A stretch of DNA of 64,000 nt from Salisapilia sapeloensis CBS 127946. Taxonomy: Eukaryota; Protista; Oomycota. The stretch lies in assembly GCA_023334545.1 (NCBI GenBank), contig JAADVB010000057.1, forward strand, positions 1-64,000, given 5' to 3'. Made by a program: the position numbers and the translations under genes. How positions within the stretch are numbered: position 1 is the stretch's first letter; the number at the start of each line of letters is the position of its first letter. Shown in pieces: positions 1 to 10,850 of this stretch. The notes under the pieces were generated by a model, which did no database searches, had not been told where the DNA came from, and saw only the letters and a program-made list of their open reading frames with translations.

Positions 1-855
1 GTTCCATAAAGGGGTATCTCCTGTCTACCAAGAGCCAGGTTTCGATTGCATCAAGACGCTAGCATTAATTGATCCTCCGCATGCGTTGGACCCTATGCAT
101 CATCTTCGCCTTAACTGGTATCTCAGCAGTATCCCCATCTTTAACAACGTTGCAAAACCTCGTGACTACATTGCGCTGGAGTACACTGGATTCTGCTTTT
201 CATCCACTGGCGAACGTATTGGATACCGTTTGTTTCATTCTCTAAGTGATCCGGACATTTTGCAAGATTTCCCAGGAGTAATTCGAGGAAACTATTCCTT
301 TTGCTGGCTATTACGGCAGCATGATGAGCAAACGGTTGAGCTGTATGCACCAGGGTTTGTGGACCCGAAAGGGAAAGTGTTTGATACGGTGACGCTCCAA
401 ATTACGGCACAAATCCTGCTCACAGAGCCGACTCTTCTTGAATGTGGACGATTAAAGAAGCTGCAGTATTTAATGGGGCAGCCTCAGCCCAGAGGTCGTG
501 ATCGACTGCATTCATCGGACCGCAGTACAGGGAGACAGCCGGGGAATTGCAGTATGTGTAAAAAGCGAGTTCGTACAGTCAACCCGTTTGCCTCAATTCT
601 CACCTGCGCCATTTGTCATCAGGTACTTCTATCTCGTCATCACTCCATTATTCTGCGCCTAATGTGTTCTACTGTAAATAGGTTGTATGTAATAAGTGCA
701 GCGTGGCGAAAGAGATCGCGGTGTGGACCGTCGGAGAGACACCAGTGGGTAAAATGTGTCGATTTTGCATGCCTTGTTTAATTTACTCAAAGCAAGTGTC
801 CGCTGCTGAGGTAGCTCGTGTCACGATGGACACGAGCTTGGTTGGTGCGCCGTAG
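1..855 (+). CDS. START-like + degenerate FYVE-type zinc finger protein, 5'-truncated by the window edge; intron 623-681
   Basis: Frame is open from base 2. Has the oomycete START-like segment (EYTGFCFSSTGERIGYRLFHS...YSFCWLLRQ) and CSMC..CAICHQ. After a GT-AG intron it continues VVCNKC...CRFCMPC to TAG at 853-855. Confidence 0.75.
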
Positions 856-1072
856 TAAGTGTAGGATTTAGGATATTACAAGTTACTGTAAAAATAAACC
901 AAACAATGTCCATGAAACGAATAACTGCTGATCTAAGACTGTCGTAGACAGTCTTTGCATGTGTCCATATCTTCTTTTCTTATGGAAATGATCTTTTGAC
1001 AATCAGGTACTGAGGAAGGTGGACTTATTTGCGTAGCCTCAAAGCAGGAACGTTCGCTGTTATGATCAAGGT

Positions 1073-2351
1073 TTATTCGAGGACATCGAATGCAACATCA
1101 GTCGCAGGTAGAGCATTCGCATTGTGTATGCATGGAATGCAAAATTGGTGTGAAGTCACGACGGGCTCGCCATGTTGAATCTCCAACGCGAGTTTCTTCG
1201 TCACACTGCACTTGGAGCACGTGAGCTATGCATACACAGTCTATATTAGACACATCTTCGTGTTCTCAATAAAGACAAAGTCATACCTCACGGCATATCG
1301 CACAGTACGAGGTCGAGCCGAAGAAGTTAAACTTCCCCAGGCGTTTTCCACATACGCTGCAATTACATGCGGTTGTCTCTATCGTACGTGAATGTCTACC
1401 TTCCTGTTTCTTCTTGTCTGTACAATACTTCTGTACAAGCCATTGGAGCTTCTTCCTCTGGCCACATTCGATAAAAGAGGGATTAGCCAGCAAGTAGTGC
1501 GCGCAAACCAATACCGGAATCACCTCTAGCAGACACCCGCCTGCATCGGCATAACCTGGTGCATAGATCTCAATGGTCCTTTCATCATGCTGCCGGAGGA
1601 TCCAGCAGAATGAATACTTTCCACGAATGAATCCAGGATTTTCAGCCAAAAGATCGTGATCTACTGTATGAAGAAGGTGATATCCCACTCGTTCTCCTCT
1701 TGCAGTGTACCGAAAGCCAGAGCCTTCTAGTCTAACATGGTCACGAGGTTTCGGGACGGTCTTTAGTACCGCTGCGACCGAAATACACCATTTTAATTGG
1801 AGATGGTGCAGTGGATCATCTTCCGTTGGCCTTTGAAGGACTGCAAGCTCCCGAGTTTCCTCAATGCCTCGGTCAGCGTAGACATCAGATCGTTTGTGAT
1901 GAAAATCGCCAGTAGATAAAGTTCCGAGCAAGTAGTCTTCTACCTTACCTTCTACCAACCCCGATTCGACGAGCATAGGCACGTAAGCGGGCTTTGACGC
2001 ATACATCACAGCTCTGGCTCGGCTGGTCATAATAGATTCAGTTGGACTAGCTGTATCAGACCATGGACTGGAGCCTGATGCGATGTCTGGATCCAATTCA
2101 GGTATGGATGGTTCGATCGGGACGAATATCGTCCCGTCACGACCATGGGTTTGCTCCTTGTAGACGCTCAACCGAGCACGAGTTTTCACAAGTTTCCATT
2201 CGCCTTGGTTGAATTGCTTTCCGTCAGCTTCGAATCGATCAAAAGCATCTACAGTCTGTGTGATAATCGCATCGGCTTCTCCCTTCAGTAGGTACACGAC
2301 TCTGCTTGTCAGCTTGAGACTTGAGGTTACGCTTTGGATAGCAGCTTCCAT
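1073..2351 (-). CDS. START-like + degenerate FYVE-type zinc finger protein, paralog of the gene at 1-855; intron 1226-1286
   Basis: 356-aa ORF with GERVGYHLLHTV and YSFCWILRQHDE matching the neighbour. CSVC..CAICRE is spliced to LTCSKC...FCIPC, ending at TAA 1073-1075. Confidence 0.8.
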
Positions 2352-3310
2352 GGCAACGTGTTTAAGCGGAAAAAAGGAAAGTGAATTGTGAAATCGTTTG
2401 TTCAGATGACTGTGTGAATCAGTTCTTCACTACCCGCCGCTATTCGTATTAAGAGTAACGATAGGTTTAGTCTACGTTATTAATGCCCAACTTGCAGTAA
2501 AGCGGCAGATAGGCTACGCTTGTGGCCACTTTGAGAAGTGAGAGGATGCACTCGTAAGCTTTGGAATTTGTCATTAGGTATGAGCGCATCGTATAATCTA
2601 AAAAGCTTAACAAGCTCGTTGTCAGTAGCTAGAAACTAGTTGCGGTTCGAGCTTGAGGATGTGAGACCTCTGGATGTGCTGTATTCAAGGCTAATTGCTA
2701 CCTCTCAGCTCGATCGGAGCTCAACACTGATACTGAACGCAGCTCTTCCAACTTCGGGTGATCTAGAGACAGGACAGAGAACTTTTGGTCTGTGCAATTG
2801 TATTCTCCCTCGGGTCGAAAATTGTGATAACGTAGGTTTTCAGCATGGTAGGAATTGAACACGGTGTTCATGGACTTGCGCACGATCGCATTCGACGTAG
2901 AGATGTTTCTTACACTAGTCACGCAAGCAGATAACCACCCATGCTAGATGAAAGCTCTTTCAAGTAGACCGATGTCTTCCCTTGAACTCGCCACAGCTTG
3001 GTACTACTATCTTTCCTTGTACTTGAAAGCGTCAAGTCGCGTCCTTTGAGAAGACATGAACACATCTTATAAGACGTGAAGGGGATACATTTATGGCGGC
3101 GTACGCACGAGTCTTGGCTCTGCTACGTTTGGAACTCCCTTCCCTCATGGATACCTGGACCTGATATATATGTTGAAAACTTCGCGTATGAATCACGGCC
3201 ATGTAGTCTTCCCATTGGTCGCACAAAGACACATGATACCATAATCTACTCTTCCCATCACCAGCAGCCGGGGCGCAAAGGAGGAAACTGCTCGCAAGAA
3301 TCAATTTGCG

Positions 3311-4717
3311 ATGGACATCCTACCTAAATATGACTCTGCGCCACTGTCGATGGGCGAGTACGTTGCCAGTCCCGCTGATCAACGGAGTTCGTCAAGAAGG
3401 TCGTACAACGATGAAAAGTCCCAACTTCTGTCGCCAGTCAGCAAGCGACTGCCGATCGATAGCATTGAGAAGCAAGTTGAATTTGTCGGCAGCGAATCCA
3501 CTGGCACCGTACTGGGCTCTGCGATGAATTTGACCAACACAGTGCTTGGTTCCGGCACTTTGGCCGTTCCGTTCGCCCTTGCGTCGTCCGGCTGGCTACT
3601 GGGAAACGTTATCATGGTCATCATCGCTCTCCTCACGCGGTACTCGGTCCAGCTCCTGTTGTCGGCGAGTGAGGTCGCAGGAGCGCGATGTGCCAAGACC
3701 TACGAGTCGCTTGGCCACTACACGATGGGCATGTCCGGAACGTACCTTGCCGAGTTCACGTTTATCTTCGGAGGCTTCGGCACGCTCGTAAGCTACTTTA
3801 TCTTTGCCACCGACTTGATTAGTGTTGTCTGCGGCGTCAGTCCAGATAACAGGTATATGGTGACCATCGCGTGTCTGGTCTTCGCCATCCTCCCGCTTTC
3901 CCTCAGCCGCTACATTTCCAAACTGCAGGCAGTATCGGCGCTGGCTGTGGTCTCGATTGGCTACGTCGTCGTCTTCATCGTCGCCACCTGCATCAGTACT
4001 GATACTTCAAACGTCGAGTCGGTTCACGCCGTGAATTTCGACTCGAACAGTGTGTACACTGTGACTCTCCTCATCGGTGCCTTTGCCTGCCACAACACGG
4101 CTCTGCCCGTGTACGACGAACTGCAGGACCGGACACTGAAGAAGATGGACAAGGCTGTGATTGGTGCCATCGCCTTTGCGTTCGGGCTGTACGAAGTCAT
4201 TGGGCTGGCGGGGTACCTCCAGTTCGGCGCTGCGACGGAAGACAACATTTTGCTCAACTTTGATCTGGCGTACGCAGAGCGACATCCGTCATTGCAAGTG
4301 CCTCTTGTCGTCGGTCAGTTGTGCATGGCAGTCGCTCTCTTGCTGACCGCGCCAGTGGCTCTGTGGCCATTCCGAAGCTGTTTGCTGAGCGTGTACTTGC
4401 GATGGAAGAACGGAGGAGTGCAGACGCCGTCCTATAAAGCGACGAATATGGAGTTCCGGTTCATGACGCTGGCGAGCCTGACGCTCATCGTCTTCTGTAG
4501 CATCTTCGTTCCGTCCGTCAAGGTGCCGCTGAGCATCGTCGGCTCCGTCGCCGGCTCGCTCCTCATCTTCATCATGCCGTCGCTCTTCTACATGCTGCTG
4601 CACGACGGCATCTGCTTGTCGAAAGCCAACGTCGGTCCCCTTCTCATGCTTGCCCTGGGTCTCTGCGAAGGCCTGCTCGGTCTCTCGCTGACGCTCTATA
4701 ACTTGACACACGAATAG
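3311..4717 (+). CDS. Amino acid transporter, AAAP/SLC38 (Aa_trans) family
   Basis: 468-aa intronless ORF with about 11 hydrophobic segments. Family motifs: NLTNTVLGSGTLAVPFA, FACH, YLQFG. Confidence 0.9.
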   Translation: MDILPKYDSAPLSMGEYVASPADQRSSSRRSYNDEKSQLLSPVSKRLPIDSIEKQVEFVGSESTGTVLGSAMNLTNTVLGSGTLAVPFALASSGWLLGNVIMVIIALLTRYSVQLLLSASEVAGARCAKTYESLGHYTMGMSGTYLAEFTFIFGGFGTLVSYFIFATDLISVVCGVSPDNRYMVTIACLVFAILPLSLSRYISKLQAVSALAVVSIGYVVVFIVATCISTDTSNVESVHAVNFDSNSVYTVTLLIGAFACHNTALPVYDELQDRTLKKMDKAVIGAIAFAFGLYEVIGLAGYLQFGAATEDNILLNFDLAYAERHPSLQVPLVVGQLCMAVALLLTAPVALWPFRSCLLSVYLRWKNGGVQTPSYKATNMEFRFMTLASLTLIVFCSIFVPSVKVPLSIVGSVAGSLLIFIMPSLFYMLLHDGICLSKANVGPLLMLALGLCEGLLGLSLTLYNLTHE

Positions 4718-4801
4718 GCTTTATAAAATTAAAACTAGGCAAGTAAACGCATGTCAAAACTCTCAACTCTCCTTTCATTTCGTTCGTCGGCCGTCCACTG
4801 C

Positions 4802-6219
4802 TCAGAGCGTGGCGTTGAAGACTGGGTTGTGGCGGGCGATCCTCGGCCCTTCCTCCTCGTACTGGGCTTTCGTGTGGCACACGCGCTGAAAGTCCGGTGT
4901 CGACGCCACCATGCTGCCTCCGAACCAGACGGCGAAGCGCTGCATCTTGTGAGACAGCACGTTCACATCTAGCTCCTGCGCCTGGAGGTTGGCGTTGTAC
5001 TCCTTGTGCAACGCCAGGTTCTGCTGCTGCCGATCGTCCACCAGACGCTTGATGTCTCTCTGCAGTCGCCGACCAAAGTCCTTGAACATGGTGCTGCCGC
5101 CGGACAGAACAATGTTCTTGTACAATCCACGTCGAGTGTCGATGGGGCACTTGAGGATGGCGTCATCGACGACATTCGGCAGAGGCTTGGTGAAGTCTGT
5201 GGAAAAGATCTCTGGGTTGAAGAAGATCTCTGGTGCCAAGAAGCGCTCAAAGCCGACGTCAATCTCCCACGGTTGCTTCGTGCGAGGGTTCAGCTCCGAG
5301 TACTTGAGGAAATATTTGTCTGGCTTTTGGTCGTACTTGCCAAACTCCTTCACGAGGTCCGGACAGACGTAGCTGTAGTTCTCCTTTAGCTTCCGAGCCA
5401 CATCCAACGACTCTTCCGGAGGAACAGCCTCGCCTCGATCACGCAAGAGCTTCTGGATAAAGTGCGTCACGTCTCGACCGGCAAGAGGCACGTGGCTGAT
5501 GCAGCTGCCAATGACGTATCCGTCCGCCACGGGAATGACGTGGGTGACGCCGTCTCCAGAGTCGATGACGGTGCCCGTCAGAGAGCGCTGGCTCGGATCT
5601 TTCACCTTGGGCCATGACGCATACAGTGCCAGCACAGCCTGGACGGCAATGTACAGTCCCGGGACGTTGAATGTCTCGAACATGATTTCGGCCGTGGCTT
5701 CTCGGTTCTCTGGCGGATTGAGAGGGGGTTCCGTCAGTAGCACGTTGTGCTCTCCAGGCTCGCACCGCAAGTACTGGAACATGGATCGCTGCCACATTTT
5801 CTCCATGTGATCCCAGTTCTGGATGATGCCTTGAGAGATGGGGTAGTGCACCTGGTGCGTGGACGAATGGGCCAGCGCTTCGTCACCGATGTAAAAGTCG
5901 AGATCGTCAATGCCTTGTCGACTGCGCACGGTCGATGAGGACGCTGACTCGTTCCCGACGGCGATTGTGGATGGGATGATGTAGCTTGGTTCAGCATTAC
6001 CGGCGTACCCGAGCTTTGTGTACCTTTAGACAGTGTTAGCATAGGATTCGGATGTAAAAGGAAGGGGAAGAAGCGATCGGCACGTTCGATCGTGTCAGAT
6101 CTTGCTTCGTTCCACTCTTGAATAGCGCGATCGAGCATCACACGCAACATGAAAAAGCTTCAAAGGAAAACGTACCCGGTGCCATTGTCAATGACGACGG
6201 TAGGTTTCGATGACGCCAT
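4802..6219 (-). CDS. ARP3: Actin-related protein 3 (Arp2/3 complex); intron 6024-6175
   Basis: Spliced start [15 protein letters not shown]|YTKLGYAGN. Arp3 signatures [25 protein letters not shown] and the C-terminus [10 protein letters not shown]...RHNPVF. Confidence 0.96.
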
Positions 6220-7675
6220 GAGTGTGGAGAAGGACGTTCCTCACCGTCGTTCGGATGCTTTTTGTCTAATTGTTTTTCTTTCCTTTTCTCTTTTCTTTCT
6301 CGTACGCACATTTGCACATTCGCACATTTGCAAATAGAGCCGACCAGTTATGTCGCTTTCTCTTATCCAATCGGCGCCGACGTGATGACCTTTGAGAGCC
6401 AATCATCTTTTCAATCTCGGAGGCATACAAAACTGTATAGAAAACCGATGCGGACCCTTGCCCTGCCACAACCGCGAAATAGAACCCACCATTTCGGTCG
6501 CAGGAGAAGGGTTAGACGCTCCAAGTAAAATTCAAATTCGACACGAAGCGCGGCAAACACGTCTGCGAGCCACCGGAACGGCCAGCGCGTATCGTCTGCC
6601 CCTGACCAACGTACGTCTCTACGTGCAACGATTTACAGCTTCTATTTCACCTCCTGGATTGCAATTGATGTGCTCGTGTCTCCTCCACCCGATATAGGTC
6701 TCGTGACTTGAACCTCACGACCTCAAGAGCGTACTTTCCGACCGCTGCATCAATCCTTCTTCCATTTCAAAGGTACAGTCCCCCAACCCGTATCCAAGGA
6801 CACTTTGATGCGCGCAAGTGGTTCTATCCTTGCATGTAAACCTCAACATTTCTTTTTCGTTATGCACAATCCGAGTCGAAAAAAGAATTTCTCGACAACT
6901 TGTGTGGCTTAACTCTGAAATCAGAGTCTGATCTGCTCAAAGGTCGGTGGTCAGTCAAGTGCTTCGTGCGGTGCATGGACACCCTCCTCTTAACTTGTTA
7001 TCGACACACGAGCAACGCAGAGGAGGGCTGTCCACGCCGCGGCCGTGGAGACGTAAAATTGGTAAATCTACCAGCTCCTCGTGCTTACTGGAGCACTCTC
7101 TGAAACCCTTACGGACCATACTAAAAGACAGAGTGAAATTACCAGATTTCCCTAATTTTGTTCTGGAAGTAGACATCTGCTGGCGCAGGATTCAACAGTT
7201 CGTGGTCCCCTCTTTCGGTGCTTTCCTACCCACCGTCACTTTCGCTCCAGGCTCCCGACACTAGCGGTAGAGGCGCCAGTCCAATTGCTGCACAAGCCGC
7301 AAGTCTATTCTTAGCGTCCGACAGGCCTATTTATACCGTCAGACCGCACCAGAGCAGGAGAAGGGGAGAGTAGGTCTCCTCCAGTTCGTCTTTGCCCACG
7401 CCACTTCCTCTGCTTCCGGGCCCTGTTCTAGCGCTGGAGACGCAACCGCCATCAATCGCTCGACAAGAAAAAGGTATGTTGGATACGTTTGCATTGCCTC
7501 GTCTGCCTGTATGTGGACACCTTTCCTGGCGTTTGTGCGTGCATTCACTTGCCGGAAGATGATGGCCAGTCAGTCATGGTCCACCGTTGCTCGTCAGTGA
7601 GAACAAAAAACGGCAGACCACTACGAAAGAAATCATTGGAAGAATAGAACTTAACTGGTGTCGTTCTCGTAGGGC

Positions 7676-9046
7676 ATGTCCAACATGAAGCCAGAAGAGC
7701 ACAAGGACGATGCGTCCGACGAGTACAAGCACCAGCAACTCCAACAGCAGTACTATGAGCAGCAGCAGCAGCAAATGCAACAGTACCAGTTCCAGCAAAT
7801 GGCACAGAGCATGCACAACGACACAGCTATCTCGTACGAAACGTCCGTGCCGATCAATTCCACCTCCAATTCCTCTGCTTTTACCAATAATGCTGCCATG
7901 GTCGCCGCTGCTGTCCAGGCCGCCGCAGCCAACTCGCAGCAGAACGCAGACACGAACAACATGAGCAACAACTATGGCTACCCTCGCAACTCGGCAGAGT
8001 TTGCCTGCGCCCATGTCGGCGAAAGAGTCAAAGGTAAGCGGCGCAAGTACTGTCCGCATGAAGTCACGGCGCTCATCCTCGGTGTCCAACGCTACGCAGA
8101 CGACAGCTGTCCCTGGAGCAACATTCTCCGAGATCAGCATCTCGGTCGGCTCTTCCATGAGCGCAGCGGCGTCGACTTGAAAGATAAGTGGCGCACGCTC
8201 ATCAAGAGCAAGCCGGAGCTAGCCATCTACACCGAGAACCGAAAGAACCATCGAAAGTATCGACCCTTCTCGACGGTCGAGGAGCGAGCGCTCCTGGACG
8301 GTGTGCGAAAGTACCAGGGTCAGAGGAATGTATGGTCGCTCATTCTCGTGGACGAGGAGCTCGGACCAAAGTTCAACGACCGGTCTAACGTCCAGCTCAA
8401 AGACAAGTTCCGAACCATGAAGAGGGCCGGCAGCGTGGACGCTTTGGCCCTCAGCTCTTCTTCTTCGAACGCTCGAGTGCCCGTTTCCACTCCTCCGAGA
8501 GCAGAGACAAAGCCATCGCCGTCGTCCGACATGCAGCCCGTCTCTCGGCCGATCCAGAGCAACCGCATGTCCAATTCCGGCAGCATGTACCTCCCTCCTC
8601 AGTCCTCTCCAGTCTTCAACGACCCGAGCATGTACCTCGGCAGCTTCTCAGGCATGCAACCGCAAAGTTACCCGTCGCACCAGGCGCACCAGGCACAGCA
8701 AGCGCAGGCGATGGCGCAAGCGAGAGCCCAAGCGTTGATGCAGCAGCAGATACAGCAGGAAGCGTCCAAGCCGCAACAGATGTATGCCACGGCAGGCCAG
8801 ATCCCGCCAGGTTACCATCTCATGGGAAACCAGCTTGTGCCGACGCACGCCATGTACTACAACCGGCCGATGGCGCCGCAGCAGATGCACCATCTTCAGC
8901 AGCAGTGGCAAATGCAGCAAGCCATGGCAGGGACGCCTCCTCCGCTCGACATGGAGCTCAAGCAGGATCCTGGCAGACGGCAGCGAAGTGAGGGCTCCGG
9001 TCGCAATACTAATAGTAACGATAGCGCAGGCGGAACCGAGCACTGA
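7676..9046 (+). CDS. Q-rich protein with two TRF/telobox-type Myb domains
   Basis: Repeat 1: ALILGVQRY..WSNIL..RSGVDLKDKWRTL. Repeat 2: ALLDGVRKY..WSLIL..RSNVQLKDKFRTM. Poly-Q at both ends. Confidence 0.85.
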   Translation: MSNMKPEEHKDDASDEYKHQQLQQQYYEQQQQQMQQYQFQQMAQSMHNDTAISYETSVPINSTSNSSAFTNNAAMVAAAVQAAAANSQQNADTNNMSNNYGYPRNSAEFACAHVGERVKGKRRKYCPHEVTALILGVQRYADDSCPWSNILRDQHLGRLFHERSGVDLKDKWRTLIKSKPELAIYTENRKNHRKYRPFSTVEERALLDGVRKYQGQRNVWSLILVDEELGPKFNDRSNVQLKDKFRTMKRAGSVDALALSSSSSNARVPVSTPPRAETKPSPSSDMQPVSRPIQSNRMSNSGSMYLPPQSSPVFNDPSMYLGSFSGMQPQSYPSHQAHQAQQAQAMAQARAQALMQQQIQQEASKPQQMYATAGQIPPGYHLMGNQLVPTHAMYYNRPMAPQQMHHLQQQWQMQQAMAGTPPPLDMELKQDPGRRQRSEGSGRNTNSNDSAGGTEH

Positions 9047-9198
9047 GGCCCCGACGCTTCTGTAACTTAACGAAGAAAGACCTCTTTCGATACACTCGGC
9101 ACTTTGTTTCGTTTTTGTGATTGGCTTAATTGTTATATGCACAATGTTCATTCGCCTAAAAGCCGCGGACACGAAATCAGACACGAAGATCGAAAGTG

Positions 9199-10568
9199 AT
9201 GAATGGGTGGATTCGTATACTCTTCCTACCGCTGCTGCTTTCCACATCTACTTTTGCCTTCGACTCCAGTGTCCCACAACTGCCTCTGGTCATTCCGATC
9301 GTCCAGTCTAGAGCAGTCTCATCTGTCGCAGCGGTTGAGCTGAGCAACTTTGGCAACGTCCAGTACATTGGCAAAGTCGGCTTCGGAACGCCTCCCCAGT
9401 ACCTGGATGTGGTTTTTGACACTGGGTCTAGCGATACGTGGATCCCAAAGATCGGGTGCTGTGCAAACACCCACTCTACATTTGACCCGACTCAGTCGAC
9501 TACGTTCCAAAACACGCATGAAAAGTTCCTAGACAGCGTATAACTCTTATTCAACAATCCGATGCTCTATCATTGATACTATCTACAATGCAGTACGGAA
9601 GTGGCTCAGTCCAAGGATCCATCGCAGTCGACCGCGTCTCGGTCGGCGGATACGTTGTGCCCGACCTGCGCTTTGGTGTCGTCCACCGCGAGAGCGACCG
9701 CCTACGCATGTTCCTCGCCGACGGTATCCTCGGGCTCGCCTTTGAAGCACTTACGCACATCACCCGCCCCACCTTTTTCACTCGACTAAGTCAGGAATAT
9801 CCGCACATCCAACGCACCTTCGCTTTTTTCCTCACTTCCGACGCCTACAGTGAAGGGAGTCAGGTGCACATCGGAGGCTTCGATCTCTCCGTCGTTGGGA
9901 GCAACGCCTCTTTCCACTACACGCCAGTCGTAAAGCTTCCCGGCTATGAGTCGATCTTGTACTGGAGCATCCAGCTATCTTCTTTCACCATCGCCAGGCC
10001 TCGCAGACATGACGTAGATAAGGCAGAGGATATGCACGTGTCGAAGGAGTTGGACTTTTGTCCGGATGGGTGCTTTGCCATCGTCGACACTGGCACATCT
10101 CTCCTCGGTGTCCCATCGTCGGTGTATCCAGACGTGATAGCAGCTATCACGAGACACCTTCCATGCGACGATGTTCACTGCGAAGGAGTGCGGATACACC
10201 AGTTTCCTCTTTTGCGCCTCGGCATGCCGCCAAACCATGAGTTTCTACTGCAGCCGAGAGACTACGTCAGCTGCAGCAGTCCAAAAGTTTGTCGAGTGCA
10301 GATTCAGGAAACGCAGGACGACTTGTGGATTCTGGGCGATGTGCTCATAAAGACTTACTACACTGTCTTTGACGTCGAAAACCTACGCGTCGGCTTTGCT
10401 TGCGACGACGGCGGCTGCACGGGTGGCACGGGGGCGATTTCCGCCGTGCAGGACGATAGTGACGATGACTGGCAGTTTCACCTGTTAAAAGCCGTGCTCG
10501 AGACGCTGGCGTTCCTCCTGGCCGCTGCCGCCACGCTGCACGTCATGCGTGAAAACTACCGAAACTAA
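9199..10568 (+). CDS. Pepsin-family (A1) aspartic protease with signal peptide and C-terminal membrane anchor; intron 9538-9593
   Basis: Catalytic motifs FDTGSSDTW and IVDTGTS, flap YGSGS, WILGDVLIKTYYTVFD, and a hydrophobic C-terminal helix. Confidence 0.92.
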
Positions 10569-10850
10569 GAATTTTCCTGTTTTATTTTTCTCAGCTCGCG
10601 CATGTGCCTTCGTCTCATCTTGATCTCGTAATCGTCACCGCATGCAGTCTGACAGGGCGGCAGTTGCGCCGGAGCCAATGAGCGTGCGCACATCTCTTCC
10701 GCCTGGTCGCATCTGATCGACTTTGGCAGGTTTTTCAAGAGGGAGGAAGCACTTGCGAAAGAAGACTCATTGACAGCAGCATCCCGACGTGGGAAGTGGA
10801 GTGATATTTCGACAAGAGGTTTCGATCCAACGACTTTTAACCGATTGTAC

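Noticed and set aside
2400-3304. Short minus-strand ORFs (2698-2922, 3032-3304) as a third START-like gene
   Set aside because: No consistent spliced model or convincing motif could be assembled.
6400-7670. Short ORFs between ARP3 and the Myb gene
   Set aside because: No recognisable product. The donor near 7473 and acceptor near 7671 fit a 5'-UTR intron of the Myb gene, since the upstream frame is closed by a stop.
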